Below are positions 41,804-52,541 of a stretch of DNA of 64,000 nt, in pieces (position 1 is the stretch's first letter; the number at the start of each line of letters is the position of its first letter). The stretch is taken from assembly GCA_965219095.1 (NCBI GenBank), contig OZ244719.1, positions 384,001-448,000 on the forward strand, written 5' to 3'. The DNA is from Bdellovibrionales bacterium (GTDB lineage Bacteria > Bdellovibrionota > Bdellovibrionia > Bdellovibrionales > UBA1609). A program made the position numbers and the translations under genes. Below the pieces are notes generated by a model. That model had not been told where the DNA came from. It saw only the letters and a list, made by a program, of their open reading frames with translations, and ran no database searches.

Positions 41804-42072
41804 GATTTGAACTCCTTTCGTTCAATCCATTGCTGTAAGCGAGAAGACCTAAAATAAACCTTTCGGCCTATTTTTACATAAGGGATTTTCCTTAAAGAAA
41901 CCCAATTTTGTAAAGTCTTCTTAGATAAACCTAAATTTTCTGAAAGCTCCTCAATAGTTATTAAATTGTCAAAGAACAAGCCCTTTTTTTGAGGGCGAAT
42001 AGTGTTCTCTAAACTACTACTTTTCTTGATTGGTTTCAATTCTTTTTTATTCATTTTTATTTCTCCTTTCAA
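41794..42072 (-). CDS. excisionase-like HTH_17 protein
   Basis: LITIEELSENLGLSKKTLQNWV..KIPYVKIGRKVYF. Confidence 0.88.
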   Translation of the reverse strand: MKGEIKMNKKELKPIKKSSSLENTIRPQKKGLFFDNLITIEELSENLGLSKKTLQNWVSLRKIPYVKIGRKVYFRSSRLQQWIERKEFKSCL

Positions 42073-42119
42073 AATATAACGAGGGAGCTTAAAGCTCCCT
42101 CATTTGGTATTCTAAGCCT

Positions 42120-42347
42120 TTAAAAGGGCATTTCTTCTGTATCATTTTTCTGCTCTTTTTTTGGTATTCTTTCTATAACCACAAGCTCCCCTGAGACAGG
42201 CAAGCTTGTGAGCTTCAAAGAAAAACCGTTTTTGTTCTTTAAACCAAAGGCTACACCTATTCTTTGGTAGTCCACTTTTTCGTTTCCCTGAGAGTCTTTA
42301 TAAGCTCTGACTGAGAGTGCGTCATAAATTGTAGTTTTTAGTTTCAT
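42120..42347 (-). CDS. small putative ssDNA-binding protein
   Basis: RIGVAF..KNGFSLKL.SLP core; acidic tail DTEEMPF resembling the SSB C-terminal motif; AGGAG RBS before MKLKTT. Confidence 0.55.
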   Translation of the reverse strand: MKLKTTIYDALSVRAYKDSQGNEKVDYQRIGVAFGLKNKNGFSLKLTSLPVSGELVVIERIPKKEQKNDTEEMPF

Positions 42348-42507
42348 TTCTACTCCTTTCCTTATTGATTTACATCCTTTCTTGAGCTTCAAGAGAGGAC
42401 AGTGCGGAGAGCTTATAAAAGTTCGTCCGCAGATTTAACAAACAGAAAATTTTTTTAAGACTAGCTTTAAAAAAATTTTCTTTCCTTTCCTTTTCCACCA
42501 ACCTACT

Positions 42508-42740
42508 ACCCAACCCAACCACTCACACCACACATCACACACCACATCTACCAGAGAGATTAGAAAGTGAGTTAGGGTGGTCAAATCTTAAATCCAATGA
42601 AAACAAGACCTTATCAAAGGGCCTTATTACGCCCATTCTTACGACTTGTTGAAAGGATTTAAGATTTGACCACCCTAACTCACTTTCGTCACCACAGGCA
42701 CACAGTAGTGATGGGTTATAAAAGAGTGGTTGGGTTGGGT
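42508..42740. other. nested inverted repeats / large hairpin (element 2)
   Basis: 33-bp perfect IR 42563-42595 / 42655-42687 inside 17-bp IR 42508-42524 / 42724-42740. Confidence 0.85.
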
Positions 42741-42746
42741 GTCTTC

Positions 42747-44342
42747 TCATTTCTCCAAGCCTTTCTTCTTTTTTTCTTTAGCATTGTAAACTTGAAGCAA
42801 AATTTGCTTGTTTTGAAGTTTATCAATAAGAAGAGCTTGACCTCTTTTTAAAGACTTAAAAACATCAAAATCCACTTTCATCTTTTTGGTGTTAAAAAGT
42901 GAACCTAAGCCTGTTTTTTCAAACTCGCTTAACATCTCTTGTGATGACACTTGAAAGGTCATAGCTTTATCTTCTATAGTTCCACAAACAGAAGACCATG
43001 TTTCACAGTCTTGAGGGACATCTTGACGGAAGATCAGCTTATAAGCAGTGTTACCTAAAATCTGATCCGAAAACTCAGAAGATACAGCTTTTAAATCAGC
43101 CAAGCCTTGACAAAAAAGATGAACCCCTATGTTAGAGCTTCTGATCATTTTAAGAAGGTCGCTAAAATCTTTTGTTGCAAAAGAACCAAATTCGTCAATA
43201 AATATCCCTGCAAAGTTAAACTTAGGAGCTATTTGTCCTGCATGAATTTGACTGCTTATAACTTTCAAGTCTTGCACAATCATTTTGCCTAAACGTCTTG
43301 CAAAATCACCATATCCGTTTGTGTTCAGTTGAAAATAAGCCACCTGACCTTTTTCCAAAATCTCAACTAAATCAATTTGACACTTTGAAGAAGAAAGAAG
43401 ATGAGAAAACTCTCTAGAGTTTAAAATCTCAACCTGAGCTTTTAATCCTGCAAGGTCTTCTTTTTTAATTTGAGATAAAGAAGCTACATCATCTTCCATC
43501 CCTTCCAGCTCTTTTTTCTCCATAAATTCTTTGTGAGAGTTGTTGAGGGCTTGTTTTAATTCTTTAAGATTCATTTTCTTTTTTAGAGCTTCAAAACAAG
43601 AAAGCAAGATAGAAAGATACTGACTGGCTTGTGAAGCATAATAATCATGAGTAAAACTAAGGCCAAGCATCAGTTTCGACCTCACTTGTTCACTTGTTCC
43701 ATACTTCAAAGGATCGTAGGACAAGCTCTTTTCAGGCTGTGCAAGAGAAAAAAGCTTAAAGTCTTCCTCTTTTCTTCCTAACTCACAAAAAAGGAATTTT
43801 ATCATCTCTATGTCCTTTATTTCCCCCTTAGGATCAAGGATCACAAGAGGGTGTTTATGCAAAAAACTGTGCCTCAGTAAATTCATCATCAAGGTTGTTT
43901 TTCCTGTGCCTGTTGCTCCTGTAACAAGTAAATGCTCTGTTCTAGAACTGACAGGTAAACTTACAAGCTCTTTTTTGACAAAATTGGCTCCTATAGGAGC
44001 TGAGTCTTTAGACTCAAGAGCCTTCTCAAAAGTTTTGAAATCAACTTCTTCTCCCTCCAAATGATCCACTGTAATGCGTTTTTTGGATTTTATGTTCTCA
44101 TCCTTAAGCCAAAAATTACAAGTTATAAAAAGTAAAAAAGCCTGAAAGATCCAAAATACAAAAAGCTGTGCTAACCAGAAAAACAAAAGGTCTAAAACAA
44201 ATAAATGAAAAAGAGTCTCTAAAATGACAAGGCCAATAAAAATACAAATTATAAATTTATAGTTTTTCGCAAGCCTTTTAGAAGCATAAGGAGCTTTTTT
44301 AATCTCTTTATGTGCAATCACTCCCCCTAAAAAGAAAATCAT
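42747..44342 (-). CDS. VirD4/TraD/TrwB-like type IV coupling protein
   Basis: N-terminal TMs, HLLVTGATGTGKT, LDPKG, IFIDEFG, QGLADL, ILGNT. Confidence 0.8.
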   Translation of the reverse strand: MIFFLGGVIAHKEIKKAPYASKRLAKNYKFIICIFIGLVILETLFHLFVLDLLFFWLAQLFVFWIFQAFLLFITCNFWLKDENIKSKKRITVDHLEGEEVDFKTFEKALESKDSAPIGANFVKKELVSLPVSSRTEHLLVTGATGTGKTTLMMNLLRHSFLHKHPLVILDPKGEIKDIEMIKFLFCELGRKEEDFKLFSLAQPEKSLSYDPLKYGTSEQVRSKLMLGLSFTHDYYASQASQYLSILLSCFEALKKKMNLKELKQALNNSHKEFMEKKELEGMEDDVASLSQIKKEDLAGLKAQVEILNSREFSHLLSSSKCQIDLVEILEKGQVAYFQLNTNGYGDFARRLGKMIVQDLKVISSQIHAGQIAPKFNFAGIFIDEFGSFATKDFSDLLKMIRSSNIGVHLFCQGLADLKAVSSEFSDQILGNTAYKLIFRQDVPQDCETWSSVCGTIEDKAMTFQVSSQEMLSEFEKTGLGSLFNTKKMKVDFDVFKSLKRGQALLIDKLQNKQILLQVYNAKEKKKKGLEK

Positions 44343-44368
44343 AAAAAGTATATTGAAACTTTTTTCTT

Positions 44369-44800
44369 ATGAAGATCAACAGAGATTTTGCTTTTTTAAA
44401 TAACTTAGATTCATTATTGACTTATAATAGCATTGGAGTTCTTGAAGCCGCTCGTCTTTTAGAACTCAATAAGAATACTATAAGCACTTTCCTAAACGGT
44501 AAAAGTCATATAAACTCTCATGATTTTATGAGAGTCCTTAAACTAGCAGGCATTAACTTAAGGGCTATTGTGAGAGATGAGTTAGAAAGAAGAGAGCAAA
44601 GTGATACCCCTATAGGAGAAGACATGGAGCTTATTTTAAAGGGGCTTTCAAAACATGACAAAAGATCGATTCTTAAAGATGTTATAGCTTCTAGTGAACG
44701 TTGTGCTGATAAAAATAAAACCATAGAAAACTCACGCACAAGATTAAAAGAACACCTGCAAGAGATGAGGTATAAAAGAAAGCAGGCTAAATTATGTTAA
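44369..44800 (+). CDS. XRE-like HTH regulator
   Basis: AARLLELNKNTISTFLNGK. Confidence 0.7.
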   Translation: MKINRDFAFLNNLDSLLTYNSIGVLEAARLLELNKNTISTFLNGKSHINSHDFMRVLKLAGINLRAIVRDELERREQSDTPIGEDMELILKGLSKHDKRSILKDVIASSERCADKNKTIENSRTRLKEHLQEMRYKRKQAKLC

Positions 44801-45342
44801 AAGTAAAACAAAGCATTCAAGAAAGAGATAACATGCTTTTAGAAAATTGGCTTTGTGATCCCTTTTGGCCAGAACTTCATGCTCACCTCACAATAGAAAG
44901 CCTTCCCGCTTCACCACAAGTCGTAGCAGAAACCTTCTCTGTAACCTTAGAAGAAGCTACAGATGCTATTGACGGATTAGAGGAGTTAGGCTTTCTTGTC
45001 AAAGAAGGGAGTTTTTATAAAGCTGGGAAGAGAAACTTTGTCATCACAAAAAAAGAAATCACAAAAAATCAGGCCATACATCAACATATTTTAAAAACAA
45101 GATACCTCTTAGCTCAAATAAAACCTGAAACTATAGAAAAAATCTCAAATTATACAGTGGCCTGTAGTAAAGAAGCTATGAATAAATTTAAACAGGATTT
45201 TGATAGGATTATCTTTGAACTTCTTGAAAGTTCAGAAAACTCTTTAAAAAATGAAGAAAAATCTGAAAAATCTATTTATAACATAAATTTAGGCATAATA
45301 AAAACGTCTAACATAAAACCAAAAGGAGAAAATCATGGCTAA
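44794..45342 (+). CDS. DUF4423/TIGR02147-like winged-helix protein
   Basis: wHTH (EEATDAIDGLEELGFL) and C-terminal IYNINLGI strand. Confidence 0.55.
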   Translation: MLKVKQSIQERDNMLLENWLCDPFWPELHAHLTIESLPASPQVVAETFSVTLEEATDAIDGLEELGFLVKEGSFYKAGKRNFVITKKEITKNQAIHQHILKTRYLLAQIKPETIEKISNYTVACSKEAMNKFKQDFDRIIFELLESSENSLKNEEKSEKSIYNINLGIIKTSNIKPKGENHG

Positions 45343-45727
45343 AAACCTATTCATAATAACAGTTTTATTCTTTACTTTTTCTTTTAAAAGTTTTATATGG
45401 GCAGGAGGCTCAGGTGTGGATTTTAGCTTTGCTGATAAAAAAGAAATTGATTCAAAGATTATTGAACTGCAACTTTTAGAGTTTTTTGAGTCTTATTCTA
45501 TAGTGTTTCAAGAAAATGAAACGCCAAATGTTTTAGAAAATGAATTTTATGAACTTAAAAAGCTTTTTGATGAAGGTTATTATAAAAGTGAGCTCGAAAA
45601 ACAAGAATCTCATAGACATATTTATTATCAAGTAAGAGATAGAGTGCCTGAGTTTTTTCCTGATCCTGAAAAAAAAGGAAATGATATAGAAATAGCTGAT
45701 CAGTTTTTTCTTTTTAACTTGTCGTAA
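45335..45727 (+). CDS. exported hypothetical protein
   Basis: Signal peptide followed by AGGSGV. Confidence 0.6.
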   Translation: MAKNLFIITVLFFTFSFKSFIWAGGSGVDFSFADKKEIDSKIIELQLLEFFESYSIVFQENETPNVLENEFYELKKLFDEGYYKSELEKQESHRHIYYQVRDRVPEFFPDPEKKGNDIEIADQFFLFNLS

Positions 45728-45914
45728 AGAGTTTCTCGTGTAGGTTCTGGTTTAAGCATGGTTTTTGCCAATAAGAACTCTTTGGAGTTTCGGGAATTAT
45801 ACGCTTGACTTTTTATATTTAAAGCCTTGAAATAGAGTTTGATGTTCATGAAAAAAATAAAAATGAGTAAGATGCTATTTAGCCTAAAACAAGTCTATAA
45901 AAGAAGATGGGAAA

Positions 45915-46454
45915 ATGTCTAAAAAAATATTTACAAAGAATTTTTTTATAAGTCTTGGAATCATAGCCTTTGTAATAATGTTATTATTATATTTTTATTA
46001 TCCTGATTTTCTTGCAGGTTTTGTTTTTCCATTTTTTGGTCTTTGTTCCTCAATAGCTTTAATAGTTATTGCTTGGTATGTATATGATGATCGGGAAAGA
46101 GAAAAAGTTGTGTTAACAATAGTGCAACATGGAGCAAAGGATTGCTTGCTTGGCATACGTAATATAGGAAAAGTCAGCGTGAGTATATCTTTTTGCTGTT
46201 GGGAAGATCAAAGTGGTAAGATTTTAGAACATATACCTATCACTGGACTTCGTCTTGCAGGAGATAAGAGCGGACCCTTTAAAGAAGTATTTATTACAAT
46301 ACACCCTCCAATGAATCAGGTAAGCTTTATCTTACCTTTTGACAAAGAACGTCTAAGGAGTGCACGTAAGTTTTATGTTAAAGCTCCAGACGGAAAAAAA
46401 TTTTTTATGAAAGATGAGGAATTTAACCATTTTAGAGGACATCATCTTTCATGA
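45915..46454 (+). CDS. membrane hypothetical protein
   Basis: Two N-terminal TM segments. Confidence 0.6.
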   Translation: MSKKIFTKNFFISLGIIAFVIMLLLYFYYPDFLAGFVFPFFGLCSSIALIVIAWYVYDDREREKVVLTIVQHGAKDCLLGIRNIGKVSVSISFCCWEDQSGKILEHIPITGLRLAGDKSGPFKEVFITIHPPMNQVSFILPFDKERLRSARKFYVKAPDGKKFFMKDEEFNHFRGHHLS

Positions 46455-46740
46455 TGACAAACTCCTGTAGAGGCTTTGACATATATGAAGAAGTCTCTAA
46501 AAGAAATAAAAAAATCACCGCATTTTTAAGCACTTATTTCCTCTGCCAATTCAATGGATTGCCTTTTAAATTCTTCCGAATACTGTTTTACTTTTTCATA
46601 GACATTCTTTCTTTTACTCCCCCATTTCACGGAGACTTTAAGAGAAAATTGACTGTCCGCAGAAACAGGGGAAGTTCAGGGTTTTTAAGTCCCAGCCTTT
46701 CAAAAAAAGGCTGGTCATCCATATTTTCGGTAAATAATAA

Positions 46741-46788
46741 GCCTCCTCAAAAGAATCTGTGGGTTCCCGGAAGTTCTTTTGAAGAGGC
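46741..46788. mobile_element. 48-bp ISL3 mini-derivative
   Basis: GCCTCCTCAAAAGAATCTGTGGGTTCCCGGAAGTTCTTTTGAAGAGGC with AAATAATAA on both sides. Confidence 0.7.
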
Positions 46789-47017
46789 AAAATAATAAAG
46801 TTTTGAATCCTGATAAATTGTCTTGTTTTGAGTATTTTCGCGAAAACTTGCTGAACCCTCAAATAATTACGTATGATCAGCCATATTGTCGTGCAGAAAA
46901 TATTATAGAGGACAGCCAATGAAAAGGAAGCCCAACACTAATCGTCACGGAAAAGATTTTCAGAAGCAGAAATATCCTTCTCATAGGAGTCAAAGGCTGT
47001 TAAGAAGCCGACTTACG

Positions 47018-50000
47018 TTATAACAACCCCTTAATTTCTTCGATGACCTTCGGAAGATTGTTTTTAATTGACAGTTCATTAACTTTATGTAGTTTTATAT
47101 TACCTTCTCTGACCTTAGATAAATTGTCATCCGGAACATAACTAGGTGCTAATGGATGAGTTATAGTAATAATAATATTTTTTCCATTCTTTTGTGTAAC
47201 TAAAATTGAACCAGCTATATCTTTAATTCCTAAAGATTCTAGTGAAAAATTTTTCTTTACTTCAATTTCATCTATACTATTTTTTAAATACTCATATAAA
47301 CGATTAGTCGCTTGTTCTAATCTTTCTGAGGAAATCATTGGTAATTCATTTTCCATTAAATAGAGCAATAGAGCTGTTCCTAATTCTCTGTCTAAATAAC
47401 TGTGATCAAACTTATTTTTATAGCTTCTTATACATCTATAACACGAACTAACACATTCATCACTTGGACATTCTTTTAATATTTTTAAAGCCTGTTCAAA
47501 GAGTTTCTTTGGATCGTCTCCTGCTTTAGATGAGAATCCGGCTCCTCCAGGCAAAGTGTCATATAAATAAATCTCTACTCTTTTTCCAGAAGGCTCACAT
47601 TCTTTTAAAGATGACCTATATTCACCTTGAACTTCTCTTGTTTCTAAATCTAATATTTGAGTCGTAGCAAAACTTAAAGCTTCACATACAGTTCTTAAAG
47701 CGATTTTGGTATATACTGACTTTGGCTTTAAAATAACTGGATCATCTACATTTAAGGAAATTAATAGGATATCAGAAGGAAAATCTGTTCCTAAAACAAT
47801 TCCTTTAGAAATCATTGCTTTCTCGCAAATTTTTCCGCTAGGAGCATCTGGAAATGGTTTATGATGTTCTTTTTTCGGCATTAATTTACCTTTAGGAGTT
47901 TCAACAGGCTCAATGGAGCCACACTTTGCACAATAGCTATATCCTTTATTTTTAGGACCTCTATTAGTGACAAATAAATGTTGACGAGTAGAAAAAATTT
48001 TAATCCTTTTATTAAATTCATTCCAACTTTCTTGTTCTACAGGGGTTTGCAGTTTAGCTCTAGTAGCATAGCTTAGTTCGGGCTGATCTTCTGGCGAAGT
48101 TTTTGGTTCAATAGAAAAGGGGTGTGCAAATCCAGGAGGACGTAACCAAGGTTTTCCTGGCCCAAAAGAGTTCTCAGTTCTACAAGCAGGGCAATCTCTA
48201 AGACGACCTTTATTACTAGGTTCTGATTCAACTTTAGCATATTCGCAAATAGCATATTCACAAACTGAACACTCAAAGTAAACTTTTCTATTTTTCCATG
48301 CTTTAAAGAGCTCATTTGGTATAGGTGAGTATATTGCAGACGATTGCCACAATTTACCATCAATCCAAATATCTTTTCCTGGTGCATATTGCGAAAGAGC
48401 TGTAGATAAATTTTGAGATGGGGAGTATTGAAACTTTTTATTATAATAAGAATATTGCTTATCAAAAACATAAAAACAGACGACATCTGTGGGAAATGCA
48501 TAACGAGGCAATACCCCTTTATACAATAGGCGTTCAAGTAGATTTTCTGCTTCTGCTCGGCCGGCATTATTATTCGCACCCCCTTCTAAAGGTATTTCTA
48601 ATATATTTTTGTCTTCTATGTTTTCTTTTGACATATGCTTTGATTTCCTATTCTCATCAACCCTGATAGCGTCTTTAATGGGAGCTATTATTTTCTCTAA
48701 GTCCAATTTTATATCTTTTTGAATCTCTTTTGGAATCCAATTTGAGATTTCTTTTTTTAAAATAATACGGTTATCTTTAATCCATCTTTCAAAGTCTTTA
48801 AAATTTAACAAGGTTTCATCAGCCCTAAAATCATCAACAGTTCCTAAAACAGAAAATAAATCTTGATTAAGTTTATTAGGAGAAATATTTTGGCATTTTT
48901 TTCTATGATACATCTGCAAAAGATAAGCTCTTATGTGTCGTTCTGTTATACTGATATTATTAAGATTTAAAAATGGGTCCTTTACCTCACCTTTAATCAT
49001 TTGTTCAGGGGTCTTAAAATAATGTTCATCATGACTGTCAGTACTAGCATATCCAATTACAGTGGCAACAGCATTTGCTCTGCGACCGGCTCGACCAGAT
49101 CGTTGTTGATAGCTTGCTCTGCTGGGGGACATATTCCTAAGAGCTACGCCAGACAAGCTACCGATATCAATTCCAACCTCCATTGTGGTCGTACAAGAAA
49201 GCACGTCAATTGCAGGTCTGCCTAAACTCTCTTTACTTTCATCCAAATTTATATCTTGAAAAAGAAGTTCATATTCTTCAGCCTTTGAAAAGTTTTGCTC
49301 TAATTGAGTGGAATTAAGTTGGGCTGTATGTTCTGCAGTTATCAACGAAATAGGAGGTTTGTTATTTTCCAATAAATCTGTGGTTGGTTTTCGATAATAT
49401 TTTTTTCTTGCTGAGAACACACTATCTTCATCAGGGTTAATTTTTTCAGACGTATTTTTCCCACAATTAAAGCATACCTTCTTATCTGGAAAGGGTCTTT
49501 GAGTTGTTTTACATATATTGCAATAAGCCCATTCTCCTGTACAACTCAGAGTTACTTCACTTCCTCTTAATCTATATTTTCCATCGTCATATTTCTCACA
49601 AAAATGCTCGAGTAACTTTGGAAGCCAATATTTATTAAAAAAGTTCTTTGATTCTCTAAGAACAACTTTTTCAAAACCTCTAAATTTTCCTTTGTGTGAC
49701 TTAATATATTTATTATATTTTTCATTTGAATCTTGCTTCCAGTCATCTGGGCATATATCCATCCAAATCATGTTTTTTGTCCACTCTTTAATCCAAGTCC
49801 GGACTAATGCAATTTTTTGTTCCTCAGTTTCAGCAACACCAGATATGTCTGGAAGTTTTTTTAAGTCTTCTTTAGGATCAGGAAGTTCCACAATAGATGC
49901 TAAGGCTAAATCTTCAATTCCATAATAGTTTGCAAATAATACATCATAAATCCCGTGCAAGAGAGAGACGGGGGGTTTATAATTAATTGGGAAGTTTCTT

Positions 50001-52537
50001 ATTATCCTTTTATTTTTGTATCCATCATCAATCCATTCTTTTATCCTTTCTTCGTTCTTAAAATAGTTGGATTCATTTCCACCTGTTTCAGGATATAATC
50101 TTACCTTTTCCTTAACAGAAGCAAGTAAAACCGCTAGGTAGCAATGATTTAGACTTACCTCTTCACCAACCTCTTCACCAATTTTACTTAACTCATTGAA
50201 ACCTTTAATCAATAATGGCCTTAAAGCGTCTTTTGTAGAAAGAGATTTTAAATTTGGAGCTAATCTTGCTGCTACTTGTCTAGAATCAGAAAATATAAGA
50301 GTTTTTCGTCCTCTTAGGGGTGCAAAGCGAGTTGACTTCTGTGGGCCTGGAGGTTGGACAGATATTTGTTTTGTAACAAGAGCTTGGAAAGGTTGATCTC
50401 CACTTGTTTGATGATCTTGAATGGTAGATCGACCAAAGATTCCTCTCTTGTCACAAACAGCACAAGGGTAAAATTGACCTCGACTTCTATTTTTTAAAGG
50501 TTCATCTTGGATACTCTGTGATTGAATGTAGATTGATCTTACTCTATTTCCTCTACTATTATTAGGATTACACTGTCCAGATAATATGTCTAACTTAATT
50601 TCTAATGGTTTATCATCAGATGGCTTTTCTAGTAAAAGGTCAATAGGTTCTAGTCTTGAATTTTCTTTTTGTTCTTCTATTAAACTCTCTTTTTGATTCC
50701 ATAAAAAGCGAAGACTTTCTAATTCCTCCTCATTTTCTATCCATCCTCGCGCATATGCAGCACCACAATTCCTACATGTGTACAGTTCAAAAATTTTTGC
50801 CCCACACTTACAGGTATCTTTTGGTTGGCTATAAAGTTTGCCAGTTGGTCTTTTATCTTTATAGTCAGTAATCTGAGAACAGGCTTTATCTAAGCAAACC
50901 CAAAGGCCAGAAAGTCCTCTAAAAAAAGCATGAACCCTACATGGAAGCAAGCTAGATGATGAAGGGCTTTCTTTTGCCATGCTCGCTAAGGCAATTAAAT
51001 TACTAGTCGCTCTATCTCCTAAATCTTTTGAGATATCTGGAAATACTTTTTCTGATAAAGACTTAATAGATATGGCTTCTTGCATAGATATATTTATTAG
51101 TTTTTGAAGAGGTTCATATTCTTTTAGGGCATTATATAAAGACAAATAAATTGGTTTTTTAGATTCTATTTTTCGATATTCTAAAAATCTTTTAATTAAC
51201 CTTAGTTTTTCTTCTTCGTTAGAGTCATAAAATTGTTTTAAATTAATTTCTCTAAGTAGCCTAGCATCTTTTTCAACTCCATATCTTGCACTTTCTTTTA
51301 AATCTAACTCTCCAGTTATTACATTAAAATTTAAAGGGTCTTTTCCGGTAAGGTCAGCTACAAAATTCTTTGCAAGCTCGCTATCACTAAAGCTCGCACT
51401 AGTGCATATAATTTGCAGTCTTTCTGTTTCTATTCCTAACCGGGCTCTCAGTCGTCTCAGTAACAGAGCAACCTCTGCTCCAGCGGCTCCTCTATAAAGG
51501 TGGGCTTCATCTACTACTAATAGCAATTTCTCATTTGGATTTTTCCTAAGCCAAGAACAGGTCTTATCGAAAATACATTGTTCAATGGGTCTCATCAGCA
51601 TATATTCAAGCATAGAATAGTTTGTTACAAGTATGTCAGGAGGATTTTCAAAAACCTCATGTCTTGTAAGAAGTTCTGAATCTTTTAGCATGGTGTTACA
51701 TCGATTAAATTGATCATTTTTTTTCCAGTGTTGATTTTTTTCTCCATACCAAGCTCTTAAGTTTTCCTTAGCAGGCCATTTCCCTTTTTTCTTTAATTCA
51801 CTTATAAGTCTCTTTGCAGGTTCAGATTGGTTTTTATCCTTAGAGTTAGAGGCTTCAATATTCTTAATAAAGTAATCCTCTATAGGTTTTAATTTTTTTT
51901 TATCTTTATTTGAGTCACGAACACCAGGATATAAAGTTCTACTAGTATATCTTGAAAATCTAACTGGCCTTCCACTCCATCCAATAAATAAATCTTTTAG
52001 TCGAGAATCTCCAAATAATAACCTTAATCTGGCAAGCTGATCATTAACCAAAGCATTCATAGGGTAAAGGATTAAAGCTCTTACAGCAGATTCTTCTCCA
52101 AACCCTTTTTTCTTCAAAAAAGATTCTCGTGCTAACTTCCCTAAAATTGGAAGCAAAAAACACTCTGTCTTACCTGAACCTGTTCCAGTTGTTATTACAA
52201 CATCTCTCCCTTCGATAAGGGTTTTCTCAATTGCATCTGCTTGATGAGAATATGGTGGATTATAAATGAGTTTTTTATGGTCAGAGGTTTCTTTCAACAC
52301 AGTATTAAATGCTTGCAATATAGAATCATCTAGCTTTAAGTCTTCAAATTTATGTCCTAACTTATATCTTGGAGTGCTTTCTAAGTAAGGGGTTTGAAAT
52401 ATCACACCAGGTTTCTGAAGGAGTTTTTTCCTTTCCTTGATTAAAAATGGGTGGCTTATATGGTATGTAGCTTCAATGTAATTACAAAGTTCTTCTTGAA
52501 GCTCTGATATTGTCTGCCCTATGGTTTTACTTTCCAT
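47018..52537 (-). CDS. druE: Druantia DruE-like DEAD/DEAH helicase with DUF1998
   Basis: TGTGSGKTE, YPMNALVNDQ, DEAH, TTTMEVGIDIG, QRSGRAGRR, YDTLPGGAG, C-terminal Cys cluster; 1839 aa. Confidence 0.85.
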   Translation of the reverse strand: MESKTIGQTISELQEELCNYIEATYHISHPFLIKERKKLLQKPGVIFQTPYLESTPRYKLGHKFEDLKLDDSILQAFNTVLKETSDHKKLIYNPPYSHQADAIEKTLIEGRDVVITTGTGSGKTECFLLPILGKLARESFLKKKGFGEESAVRALILYPMNALVNDQLARLRLLFGDSRLKDLFIGWSGRPVRFSRYTSRTLYPGVRDSNKDKKKLKPIEDYFIKNIEASNSKDKNQSEPAKRLISELKKKGKWPAKENLRAWYGEKNQHWKKNDQFNRCNTMLKDSELLTRHEVFENPPDILVTNYSMLEYMLMRPIEQCIFDKTCSWLRKNPNEKLLLVVDEAHLYRGAAGAEVALLLRRLRARLGIETERLQIICTSASFSDSELAKNFVADLTGKDPLNFNVITGELDLKESARYGVEKDARLLREINLKQFYDSNEEEKLRLIKRFLEYRKIESKKPIYLSLYNALKEYEPLQKLINISMQEAISIKSLSEKVFPDISKDLGDRATSNLIALASMAKESPSSSSLLPCRVHAFFRGLSGLWVCLDKACSQITDYKDKRPTGKLYSQPKDTCKCGAKIFELYTCRNCGAAYARGWIENEEELESLRFLWNQKESLIEEQKENSRLEPIDLLLEKPSDDKPLEIKLDILSGQCNPNNSRGNRVRSIYIQSQSIQDEPLKNRSRGQFYPCAVCDKRGIFGRSTIQDHQTSGDQPFQALVTKQISVQPPGPQKSTRFAPLRGRKTLIFSDSRQVAARLAPNLKSLSTKDALRPLLIKGFNELSKIGEEVGEEVSLNHCYLAVLLASVKEKVRLYPETGGNESNYFKNEERIKEWIDDGYKNKRIIRNFPINYKPPVSLLHGIYDVLFANYYGIEDLALASIVELPDPKEDLKKLPDISGVAETEEQKIALVRTWIKEWTKNMIWMDICPDDWKQDSNEKYNKYIKSHKGKFRGFEKVVLRESKNFFNKYWLPKLLEHFCEKYDDGKYRLRGSEVTLSCTGEWAYCNICKTTQRPFPDKKVCFNCGKNTSEKINPDEDSVFSARKKYYRKPTTDLLENNKPPISLITAEHTAQLNSTQLEQNFSKAEEYELLFQDINLDESKESLGRPAIDVLSCTTTMEVGIDIGSLSGVALRNMSPSRASYQQRSGRAGRRANAVATVIGYASTDSHDEHYFKTPEQMIKGEVKDPFLNLNNISITERHIRAYLLQMYHRKKCQNISPNKLNQDLFSVLGTVDDFRADETLLNFKDFERWIKDNRIILKKEISNWIPKEIQKDIKLDLEKIIAPIKDAIRVDENRKSKHMSKENIEDKNILEIPLEGGANNNAGRAEAENLLERLLYKGVLPRYAFPTDVVCFYVFDKQYSYYNKKFQYSPSQNLSTALSQYAPGKDIWIDGKLWQSSAIYSPIPNELFKAWKNRKVYFECSVCEYAICEYAKVESEPSNKGRLRDCPACRTENSFGPGKPWLRPPGFAHPFSIEPKTSPEDQPELSYATRAKLQTPVEQESWNEFNKRIKIFSTRQHLFVTNRGPKNKGYSYCAKCGSIEPVETPKGKLMPKKEHHKPFPDAPSGKICEKAMISKGIVLGTDFPSDILLISLNVDDPVILKPKSVYTKIALRTVCEALSFATTQILDLETREVQGEYRSSLKECEPSGKRVEIYLYDTLPGGAGFSSKAGDDPKKLFEQALKILKECPSDECVSSCYRCIRSYKNKFDHSYLDRELGTALLLYLMENELPMISSERLEQATNRLYEYLKNSIDEIEVKKNFSLESLGIKDIAGSILVTQKNGKNIIITITHPLAPSYVPDDNLSKVREGNIKLHKVNELSIKNNLPKVIEEIKGLL

Positions 52538-52541
52538 ATTT

